Assembly: GCA_027064425.1 (NCBI GenBank)
Contig: JAMOPO010000015.1
Coordinates: forward strand, 224,001-288,000
DNA length: 64,000 bases
Reading direction: 5' to 3'
Source: Methanobacteriota archaeon
Lineage (GTDB): Archaea > JAADCQ01 > Methanopyri > Methanopyrales > Methanopyraceae
Numbering within the stretch: the stretch's first letter is position 1; the number at the start of each line of letters is the position of its first letter. The notes beneath the pieces are model-generated. The model was not told the origin of the DNA. It worked only from the letters and a program-made list of their open reading frames with translations, and did not search any database. The position numbers and the translations under genes were made by a program. Shown here piece after piece: positions 1 through 7,208 of this stretch.

Positions 1-776
1 GGCACGGCGCGCAGTTCGACTCCTTCCCCTTCAGCGCGCAGCTCGAGGTGCTCTCGAGCGTCCAGGGTGAGGGTCAGGCCTCCCCTACCGTGCTCCAGGA
101 CCGTCCCGGAGACGACGGCCGACACCTCGGGCCCGGTCAGCGCCATCCCCAGCTGGGCCTTCCCGGTGATGTCCCTCAGGGCGTCCTTGAGCTCGTCCTC
201 CCGGGGCTGGAGCAGGAGGAGCAGGCTGTCGTCCCGGGGCACGGCCCGCAGCGTTCCGGAGCCCGTGTCCCCGTTGAGGGTCACCCTCACCCGGCAGAGC
301 TGCACGGCCCGGCCTCGTAGGATCGGCTCGACGGCGAGGTCCAGGGCGCGGTCGGCGGCGGTCAGAAGGCTCCCCTTCGCCGCCTCCGGAGCCTTCGGCT
401 TGAATCGGAGCGTCATCTCACCCTCGGGGACGAGGATGTGCCGCTCGAACGGGTAGGTGGAGGGTCCGCCGAGGGTGGTGAGCACCAGGCTTCCGTTCAC
501 CTCGAACCGCTTCAGGGCGATCCCGTACTCGACCAGTGATGCCGCGGTCGGTGGAGTGAGCACGACCCGAGAGCGGGGCGGGGTGAAGGAACCCTTTTCC
601 AGCTCCGCGGAGCTGAAGGAGGTGCTGACTGACTCCAGGATCGGGTCCTCCTCGACCTCGATCGGCTCCCGGGGGACCAGGAACACGTTCTCCTCGACGA
701 TCCTCAGCGAGGCCTCGCAGCTGCCCACCGGCTCCCCGTCGACCTCAACCTCGAGCGAGCCCCGGTGGGCGATCAA
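1..776 (-). CDS. Hypothetical protein, 3' end runs off the window
   Basis: Open minus frame from TTG at 776 (LIAHRGSLEVEVDGEPVG...) to the window edge. The plus-strand ORFs here read as antisense shadows. TATA-like element at 809-816. Confidence 0.6.
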   Translation of the reverse strand, partial: MIAHRGSLEVEVDGEPVGSCEASLRIVEENVFLVPREPIEVEEDPILESVSTSFSSAELEKGSFTPPRSRVVLTPPTAASLVEYGIALKRFEVNGSLVLTTLGGPSTYPFERHILVPEGEMTLRFKPKAPEAAKGSLLTAADRALDLAVEPILRGRAVQLCRVRVTLNGDTGSGTLRAVPRDDSLLLLLQPREDELKDALRDITGKAQLGMALTGPEVSAVVSGTVLEHGRGGLTLTLDAREHLELRAEGEGVELRAV

Positions 777-808
777 CCTCGGTCCCCGACACCCGGGCGG
801 TCGCGCAG

Positions 809-816
809 TATAAAAA
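809..816 (-). promoter_or_regulatory. Probable archaeal TATA box (TTTTTATA on minus)
   Basis: AT-rich island about 33 nt upstream of the minus-strand start at 776. Confidence 0.45.
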
Positions 817-836
817 TGGACTGAACGGGTCCGCCC

Positions 837-883
837 TCAGGGGGGCGCCTCGTCACCCGTTCAGCGTCGGGGACGGTCGTCAT
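837..883 (-). ncRNA. C/D-box guide sRNA candidate
   Basis: Minus strand: ATGACGA-ccgtccccgacg-CTGA-acgg-GTGACGA-ggcgccccc-CTGA (C, D', C', D). Confidence 0.7.
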
Positions 884-975
884 CCCCGTGATGTGGAGGG
901 TGGTGGGAACCGAGGGAGGACCCAATGATGAGTAACCCCGGTACCGAACCATCTTCCTTTCAGGGGTGGCGACGG

Positions 976-2589
976 GTGCAGCCGCTCCTTCTGCTGCCCC
1001 TGATCCTGGCGCTCGCGCCGGCGTCGGCCACCGTCCACGTGGACGTCTTCCCGTGCCTGGACAGCGACGCCTGGTCCGGGGAGCACGTGCGAGCGCTCAG
1101 GACGTTCCTGGAGTGGTGCGCGGACCACGGCGTCAAGGTCGCGGTGTTCCACTACAACACCTGCGAGGAGGCCGCTCCCGGAATCACCCAGGTGATCCGC
1201 GAGTTCGCGGGGCAGGGCGTGATCACGCTCGTGGGCCTCCACTCCACCTCCCACTCGATGGGAGATTTGCCCGTGAGCATTCAGTACCTGGAGCTGAAGT
1301 ACAACGCCGAGTTCCTCCGGGAGAGCGTTGGGATCAACGTGAACGACCGGGTGCTCAGCGTCCCGTACTGGGTGTTCTCGCCTCGCACCCTCGAGGCGTG
1401 CGCCCTGTTCGGTGTCAGGGTGATCGTCTCCGGCAACGGTCCCAACACGCTCTCCCCGGAGCACGATCGGGTGTGGGACAAGGTCAGCTTCCCCGGACAG
1501 CTGATGATCCCGGGCAAGTTCACGGTCGTGGGAGAGGTGATCTACCACCTGCCCGCCGTCAGCTACCCTTCACTCGCCGCCCAGAGCGCCGCTCTGGGCA
1601 CCACCGTGGGGGAGGTGCTCCGGCGAGCCGTCGAGAGCCTCATCGAGAACGGCCTGGTCCCGACGGATCGGGACGTGAGGCTCACGCTGGCCGTGCTCGT
1701 GCACCCCTGGGAGCTGGCCGACTCCGGCACGCTTGAGGGCATCGAGGGGCTGCTGGAGCTGGTGTCGTCTGGAGCCCTGGACTTCGACTGCAACGGCGTC
1801 CCGGTAGTGTTCCGGCTGGCCGATCCGGCGGAGGTCGTCAAGGACTTGGAGGAGGGGAGGTTCGAGGGACCGGTGGTGAGCCTGCCCTCGCCCGACTACC
1901 GGTACGTGCTGCTCAGCAAGGGTTACAAGCCGTGGTGGGAGCTCCTCCGCCAGTGCTCCAGCGACGAGAACGCTATCCACATGATCAGGACGTGGAGGGA
2001 GGCCGTCCAGACGCTGGAGTGCGTTGACGCGGAGCTCCTGACGCTGCTGCGGGCGGGCCGAACCGAGGGCCTCGACACCCTGCTGAGGGAGGTGGCTGAG
2101 ACCGCGGTGGATGAAGCCGAGCTGTACAACATGGTGAAGAACTGGGACCCGGCGGGAGCCAAGCGGGCAGTGGAGCGGTTCAGGGAGGTCGCGGACCGGC
2201 TGTACTCGGCGGTCGTCCGGACGTTCGCCGACTTCCTCTCGGGACTGAGCCGCGAGCTTGAGGGGGTGCGGGAGCTGAGGGAACTCGTGAGCGACGTCGC
2301 GGGGAGCGTTGAGGAGCTTCGGGCGCGGGTCGAGGCGGTCGAAGCCGAGGTGACCGACCTGCGGCTGGAGGTGGGCCTACTGCGGGACGAGCTCGTGGGG
2401 CGGACGTCGAGGCTGGAGGAAAGGGTGAAGAGCGTTGAAAAAAGGCTCTCCGAGCTGGAAAACGATATCAGGGGGATCAAGCAGGGCCGCGAGTCACCCG
2501 GAGAGCGGGGAGGCGGGGCCCTGGTGGTGGCACCTTTCGCCCCACCAGTCCCGCGGGGGCGAGGAGCATGGAAGCGTGGGATTTCGTGA
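976..2589 (+). CDS. Secreted polysaccharide-deacetylase-like protein with coiled coil and Pro/basic C-terminal tail
   Basis: Signal peptide (QPLLLLPLILALAPASA), NodB-like motifs LHSTSH and VHPWE, heptad-rich C-terminal half, tail ALVVAPFAPPVPRGR. Confidence 0.7.
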   Translation: MQPLLLLPLILALAPASATVHVDVFPCLDSDAWSGEHVRALRTFLEWCADHGVKVAVFHYNTCEEAAPGITQVIREFAGQGVITLVGLHSTSHSMGDLPVSIQYLELKYNAEFLRESVGINVNDRVLSVPYWVFSPRTLEACALFGVRVIVSGNGPNTLSPEHDRVWDKVSFPGQLMIPGKFTVVGEVIYHLPAVSYPSLAAQSAALGTTVGEVLRRAVESLIENGLVPTDRDVRLTLAVLVHPWELADSGTLEGIEGLLELVSSGALDFDCNGVPVVFRLADPAEVVKDLEEGRFEGPVVSLPSPDYRYVLLSKGYKPWWELLRQCSSDENAIHMIRTWREAVQTLECVDAELLTLLRAGRTEGLDTLLREVAETAVDEAELYNMVKNWDPAGAKRAVERFREVADRLYSAVVRTFADFLSGLSRELEGVRELRELVSDVAGSVEELRARVEAVEAEVTDLRLEVGLLRDELVGRTSRLEERVKSVEKRLSELENDIRGIKQGRESPGERGGGALVVAPFAPPVPRGRGAWKRGIS

Positions 2590-2999
2590 GAATGATGGAG
2601 TGCGCGCTGGCGGTGGCCAGCGTCCGCCTCTTCGGCGAGCGAGGTAACGCCCTCAGGCGCGTCATGGGGGAGATCATGGCGGAGATGCTGAAGGACCGCG
2701 TCCCGGACGACCCGAGGGAGGCGCTGAGGGAGCTCCTCGAGCCGCTGGCCGAGGTGGAGATCGACGGGGACGAGGTGCGCGTTAAGGAATGTCGCGTGTG
2801 CTACTCTGCCATGCTGCTCGACGTGGCGACGGAGAGCGAGCTGGACACGATCCGGCGGGTGGTGCCCTGCCCCATCGTGAACCTGTTCAACCAGCTGGCC
2901 GAGCTCAAGGGGTGGAACGTGCGACTGGAGCCCGAGGTCACGCCGCTGTCCGGGGAAACGGACCCCGGATCCTGCGTCCAGCGCCTCCAAGAAGAGTAG
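2568..2999 (+). CDS. Small Cys-containing V4R/MetOD1-like protein
   Basis: VRVKECRVC...CPI pattern; similar to 43040-43453. Confidence 0.6.
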   Translation: MEAWDFVRMMECALAVASVRLFGERGNALRRVMGEIMAEMLKDRVPDDPREALRELLEPLAEVEIDGDEVRVKECRVCYSAMLLDVATESELDTIRRVVPCPIVNLFNQLAELKGWNVRLEPEVTPLSGETDPGSCVQRLQEE

Positions 3000-3020
3000 C
3001 GGCGGGTGATCGAGCGGGCG

Positions 3021-3071
3021 GTGATGAGGACCCGGTGCCCCGACCGGTGAGGACGTCTGGGGTGGGACTGA
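3021..3071 (+). ncRNA. C/D-box guide sRNA candidate
   Basis: GTGATGA-guide-CCGA-GTGAGGA-cgtctggggtggga-CTGA, intergenic. Confidence 0.75.
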
Positions 3072-3075
3072 GCCC

Positions 3076-3129
3076 TCGGTCCCGGGTGGACTCCTCATCC
3101 GAGGACTCGGTCCCGGAGTAGCTCCTCAC
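3076..3129 (-). ncRNA. C/D-box guide sRNA candidate
   Basis: Minus strand: GTGAGGA-gctactccggga-CCGA-...-ATGAGGA-gtccacccggga-CCGA; two 12-nt guides. Confidence 0.7.
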
Positions 3130-3172
3130 CGGGCGCTCCCAACGCCCCCGGCGCCCGCCCCGATTTTAATCC

Positions 3173-3931
3173 CTACCTCCCGGCTCGCCGGCACTCGAAG
3201 CACCGGCCGCACCGGATGCAGTCGGATCCCGAGGGGAAGTTCTCCGCGGGTGTGAGCCCCATCGGGCAGGTGGCGCACCTCGGACAGCCCAGGCACCCCG
3301 GCTTCAACGCCCGCACGCTGGCGAGGCGGTCGAGCGCGGTCCACCCGTGAGCGATCCTGAGCAGAACCCCCACGGGACAAACGTACCGGCAAAGGAACCT
3401 GGGCACGATCATCGAGGCCAGCACCGGGAGCGAGACCAGCCCCAGCCTCAGCGTCGCGTAGTACCCGAGCCGGGGATTCTCGAGCTGGCTGGCAAGGTAG
3501 TGCATGGGGCACACCGCGTACCACGGCCTGATCAGGGCCGCGGCTCCGACCAGCGTCAGGAGCAGGACGACGTACTTGGCGTACCGGAGCCGGAGGTCCA
3601 CTGGCGGAAGGTTGACGGTTACCCCCAGCCGGCGGCCCAGGCCCGCCAGGAGGTCTTGAAGGAATCCTAGAGGGCAAATCCATCCGCACACGGCCCGCCC
3701 TACGAGCACGGCCGGAAGCAGCCAGGCGACGGCCGCCACGAACGCCAGGTAGCCCGGGCTCGTCAGGCCGGCGAGCGCGGTGGGCAGCAGGTACAGCGTC
3801 AACCCCGTCCCGATCACCCCGGCGCAGCCGCCTGAAACCCCAGGCACGATCACGGGCACCTTGAGGACAATCCCGGACACGGCGGCCCCGGCGCTCACGG
3901 TCTGAACGAGCCTCCTCCACCCGGAGATCAC
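3173..3931 (-). CDS. NapH/MauN-like membrane polyferredoxin (4Fe-4S binding)
   Basis: GRAVCGWICPLG, PRFLCRYVCPVG, CLGCPRCATCP, CIRCGRCFEC and TM helices. Confidence 0.85.
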   Translation of the reverse strand: MISGWRRLVQTVSAGAAVSGIVLKVPVIVPGVSGGCAGVIGTGLTLYLLPTALAGLTSPGYLAFVAAVAWLLPAVLVGRAVCGWICPLGFLQDLLAGLGRRLGVTVNLPPVDLRLRYAKYVVLLLTLVGAAALIRPWYAVCPMHYLASQLENPRLGYYATLRLGLVSLPVLASMIVPRFLCRYVCPVGVLLRIAHGWTALDRLASVRALKPGCLGCPRCATCPMGLTPAENFPSGSDCIRCGRCFECRRAGR

Positions 3932-4153
3932 CGGGCTCCCCCCTCGACGGCGGACGCAGAGGGGGTGCGGAGAGGACTCGAAGGAGCGGCAGGGGAGTCG
4001 TGTGGGCTCAAAATGACGCTTCATCGCGGCAGCGGCACGGGCGCAATCAGGCACGCGGCGGCTGCCAGCGCTGCCCGTGCTCGTCCTCTGATGGTTTCCG
4101 GAGGCGGACACGTTGAGGGTGCGCCTGGGTGAAGGGGGTACACGGTGGGCGGG

Positions 4154-4207
4154 TCAGCGAGCCCCCCAGCCATCATCTGGTGTCGGTGACCCGGCACGAT
4201 TCATCAT
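4154..4207 (-). ncRNA. C/D-box guide sRNA candidate
   Basis: Minus strand: ATGATGA-atcgtgccgggtca-CCGA-...-ATGATGG-ctggggggctcg-CTGA. Confidence 0.75.
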
Positions 4208-4292
4208 CCGGTCGCTCCGCCGTGGTCGTGCGGCTCGGACCCGGTGATTAACGTTACGACCCCCTGACGCGCGGCGGCCGAGCCCGCGCGGC

Positions 4293-4751
4293 TCACTCGC
4301 CCGCCCGTACGCGCTCCAGCTTCGCCTCGAAGTAGTCGGGCGAGTACTTGAGCACGATGACCCGAGTCACGACGAGAACGGCGAGGAGGACGGTGACCGA
4401 CAGGAGCTCGACGGGCTGAATACTGCCCCGGTAGTACTTGAGGAACGTCTCCCGAAGCATCGTGATTATCGTGATATCGACGACGTAGCGCAGAGGTACG
4501 CGGTGATGTCGAAGCGTCTCTAGCACGCTCTGATACACCTCCAGGAGCAGCAACACGTCGAACACGCACTCCACGATCAGCCCGAACGCGGCCCGGAACC
4601 TCACCTGGTAAGGGCTAACCAGGAACGTGCTCACGATGTCGTACACGCCGACGGCGAAGACGATCAGCGTAATACCCAGGATCGCCACCATCACGGTGTA
4701 GGCGGTGACCCGGAGCAGCCGATGGGCGAGCTCGTCCAGCCGGTTGCCCAA
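4293..4751 (-). CDS. PsiE-like membrane protein
   Basis: Four TM helices; VLLLLEVYQSV and DITIITMLRE match the phosphate-starvation-inducible E family pattern. Confidence 0.75.
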   Translation of the reverse strand: MGNRLDELAHRLLRVTAYTVMVAILGITLIVFAVGVYDIVSTFLVSPYQVRFRAAFGLIVECVFDVLLLLEVYQSVLETLRHHRVPLRYVVDITIITMLRETFLKYYRGSIQPVELLSVTVLLAVLVVTRVIVLKYSPDYFEAKLERVRAGE

Positions 4752-4807
4752 GCCTTCTCACGCCCGCAAGGGTGATACCCCTGCGGCGTCCGCGTGCCAG
4801 GGGGCCG

Positions 4808-4858
4808 ATGAGGACCGTTCCCCTTGGGGACCTGAATGACCAGAAGTCGCGGGGCCGA
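4808..4858 (+). ncRNA. C/D-box guide sRNA candidate
   Basis: ATGAGGA-guide-CTGA-ATGACCA-gaagtcgcgggg-CCGA. Confidence 0.55.
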
Positions 4859-5009
4859 GGCGGTCGCCGGGCAGGCCGCTAGTTACGGTTTCCATTTCGC
4901 GGGAGCCTCCGCCTCAGGTTGAATCGGGCGGTGGGTTCAGCGCCCCTGGGTGTCCTCACCGCTCGGAGATCCCCCTCCTCATCATCCCCGACTAGCAGGG
5001 GACTGGCCG

Positions 5010-5630
5010 TTGAGAGAGGTCGTCGAGAGGATCGAGGGGTGGCTCCGTCGCCTCGAAAGACGCGGGGAGTACGAGCCGGCCTGGGGCGACCGCGAGGACG
5101 TCTACGCCGTCGCGCTCGCCGGCGTCCTGCATCAGCGCACGCGCCGCGAGCTCGCCGAGCCCGTCCTCCGCGAACTCCTCCGCAGATACCCGGAGCCCCG
5201 GGACCTCCTCTCCGCCCCCGAGCGCGAGCTGAGGTCGCTGCTCTCACGCATCGGGCTCGTCGAGCGGCGGCTCCGGACCGTGGTGGGGCTCGCCCGGCTG
5301 CTGGCGGAGTGCCCGCGTCCGTCCCGGAGGAAGCTCCTCGAGGTTCCCGGGGTGGGTCCCTACACCGCCGATTTAGTTGCCGCCGTCGTTTATGAGGAGC
5401 GAGTCCTGCCCGTCGACGCGAACGTCCGCCGCGTCGTCGAGCGTTCCACGGGCCGCCCGGTGGAGAAGGTGAGAGGGGAATGGGTAAAGTCGGCTCGGAG
5501 TCCGCGCGACCTGGCCCTAGGTACCATCGAGCTGGGTCGGCGACACTGCCGGTCCGAGCCCAGGTGCGACGAGTGCCCCGTCAGACCCGTCTGCGCGGCC
5601 CGGTCCGATGAGGAGCCTCGCCCGAGCTGA
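5010..5630 (+). CDS. HhH-GPD DNA glycosylase with 4Fe-4S motif (MIG/MutY/endonuclease III family)
   Basis: LLEVPGVGPYTA helix-hairpin-helix, VLPVDANVRRV, C-x6-C-x2-C-x5-C. Tyr at the lyase-Lys position suggests a monofunctional mismatch glycosylase. Confidence 0.85.
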   Translation: MREVVERIEGWLRRLERRGEYEPAWGDREDVYAVALAGVLHQRTRRELAEPVLRELLRRYPEPRDLLSAPERELRSLLSRIGLVERRLRTVVGLARLLAECPRPSRRKLLEVPGVGPYTADLVAAVVYEERVLPVDANVRRVVERSTGRPVEKVRGEWVKSARSPRDLALGTIELGRRHCRSEPRCDECPVRPVCAARSDEEPRPS

Positions 5631-5658
5631 GTCCGATGAGGAGGGCGCTCGAGACCGA
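5608..5658 (+). ncRNA. C/D-box guide sRNA candidate overlapping the glycosylase 3' end
   Basis: ATGAGGA-gcctcgcccgag-CTGA-gtccg-ATGAGGA-gggcgctcgaga-CCGA. Confidence 0.7.
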
Positions 5659-5673
5659 GGACGGCGGCGAGAC

Positions 5674-5680
5674 TTTAAAT
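5674..5680 (+). promoter_or_regulatory. TATA box for the downstream sRNA
   Basis: TTTAAAT about 24 nt upstream of the C box at 5704. Confidence 0.55.
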
Positions 5681-5703
5681 CCCCAAGCCGCCGGACGCCC
5701 GGG

Positions 5704-5754
5704 ATGATGTGCTAATCGGCCGCCTGAACGGGTGATGACGTTCCAGGCCGCTGA
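5704..5754 (+). ncRNA. C/D-box guide sRNA candidate (likely 16S rRNA guides)
   Basis: ATGATGT-gctaatcggccgc-CTGA-acgg-GTGATGA-cgttccaggccg-CTGA; the D' guide is antisense to the archaeal 16S motif GCGGCCGATTAG. Confidence 0.8.
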
Positions 5755-6027
5755 CCGCAAGCTCGAGCCGGATCCTCGCCATCCCTTACCCACCCTAACG
5801 CTCGCCTCCACGCGTCGAGACCGGCCAGCCCGGGATCCGGCCATCGGGCTCCGCCGGTTTTGTCGGTGCCTGCCGGGGACCCACGAGTGTGCCTAGCCAC
5901 GCCCGCGCGACGAGGGTAATTGGATTCGAAGTGGAAAGCGCACTGCAGCCAGCTGCGAGACTTCCGTTGACGCTCGCCGATCGAGTGGGCATAAATAGGT
6001 GGAAGGGGGCGTCGGGAGCGCGCCGGG

Positions 6028-6082
6028 ATGAGGAAAGCACCCCTAGGTGACGCCGGCCGATGATCGGCTTCGCCCTGACCGA
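6028..6082 (+). ncRNA. C/D-box guide sRNA candidate
   Basis: ATGAGGA-aagcacccctag-GTGA...ATGATCG-gcttcgccctga-CCGA; ATAAATA at 5991-5997. Confidence 0.5.
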
Positions 6083-6084
6083 CC

Positions 6085-6555
6085 TTACCGCGTCTCCCAC
6101 TGGAAGGTCACCGTCGTCCCGTCCACTTCCTCCTCCAGCTTCACCACGTCCAAGCCCTCGCGCCGCAGCCCCTCCAGGATCACTCCCTTGGTCACCACGC
6201 ACGCGCCCTCACCGCGGTCCGTGCGCTCCTGCCAGCCCAGCGTCTCGAGCACGTCCTCCAGCTCAACGCGCCCGTCCTCGACCTCGAAGTCGCCGATGAG
6301 GTCGTACTGCCTGATCAGGCTCAGCGCGTCCTCCAGGCACTCGATCTTCTTGCCCTCCGTCTCCTCGAGTATTTTCAGGAACTGCCGGCCCACTTCCATC
6401 ACGATGGGTTCCCACGAGTCACCTAGGTGCTCCAGCGCCGCCATCCGCAGCGCGCTCAGCAGTGCGAAGGCCAGCTTGCGGTGCTCGGGCTGCTCAGCCA
6501 GCTCCTCTGAGACGTCCGCGCGCAACCTTTTTTCACCCTCAAACACGGGTCCCAC
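6085..6555 (-). CDS. Small V4R-like hypothetical protein
   Basis: Acidic helical ORF (EVGRQFLKILEE...ACVVTKGVILEGL); start chosen at GTG 6555. Confidence 0.6.
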   Translation of the reverse strand: MGPVFEGEKRLRADVSEELAEQPEHRKLAFALLSALRMAALEHLGDSWEPIVMEVGRQFLKILEETEGKKIECLEDALSLIRQYDLIGDFEVEDGRVELEDVLETLGWQERTDRGEGACVVTKGVILEGLRREGLDVVKLEEEVDGTTVTFQWETR

Positions 6556-6853
6556 CTGCCCCCCCCCGGAGAGGGTGCGCCGGCCGCGTCCGTCCTCCCT
6601 GCCCCCAACCTTACTACACGTTAGAGGGTTTAAATTTCTTTGATTATTCAATTAAAGGCTAAGGGCCTCGCCGCCACTTCAGTGTAGTCTTCCGGATGGC
6701 TCTCTTGAAGTCCGGAAACGGATTCGTTTACGCGGCCGATACGGACTGGTGCCGGGAGGAGGCCCCGCCGATGATCGGGGGCACGGGGCCGAGGCCGTCC
6801 ACCGGCGACGGGACACCGTTAAGGAGGCCGCCGGGCCGAACTCGATGGGCGGG

Positions 6854-6903
6854 GTGAGGAGGCCGAGGAACGCCGATCGTGTGAGGAGGGTCGGTGTTGC
6901 CGA
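6854..6903 (+). ncRNA. C/D-box guide sRNA candidate
   Basis: GTGAGGA-ggccgaggaacg-CCGA-tcgt-GTGAGGA-gggtcggtgttg-CCGA. Confidence 0.7.
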
Positions 6904-7036
6904 CCGCCGCGCGAAGCAGTAAAACGACCCGTCAGAGTTCCCGGCCGGAGGCCGATGCGGAGTGGTCCCGCGGGGAGGGCCTACCCGATGACCACCGGGT
7001 TACGGTGCCGGAGGCCGCTCCCGGGAAACCGCCTTG

Positions 7037-7092
7037 ATGGGGACGCCGAGGGGTACTGAGACCAGAGGATGATGAGTGGCGGCGCGAACCGA
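7037..7092 (+). ncRNA. C/D-box guide sRNA candidate
   Basis: ATGGGGA-cgccgaggggta-CTGA-...-ATGATGA-gtggcggcgcgaa-CCGA. Confidence 0.6.
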
Positions 7093-7120
7093 CCCTCCCG
7101 CTCTAACGCCGACGCGGGCG

Positions 7121-7181
7121 ATGACGAGTGTGGCCCCGGCGGCGGCATCACTGAGCTGATGACGACCTCGGAGCGCTCCGA
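7121..7181 (+). ncRNA. C/D-box guide sRNA candidate
   Basis: ATGACGA-long guide-CTGA-gctg-ATGACGA-cctcggagcgct-CCGA. Confidence 0.65.
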
Positions 7182-7208
7182 GCCCCGCCCCGCGCTCCTC
7201 CTTTCAGG

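Noticed and set aside
4244-4267. GTGATTA-acgttacgacccc-CTGA, half of a C/D unit
   Set aside because: No convincing upstream C and D' boxes; may be real but is unsupported.
6760-7200. Possible CRISPR array (regularly recurring short motifs)
   Set aside because: The recurring elements are 4-7 nt boxes, not 25-40 nt direct repeats; no cas genes.
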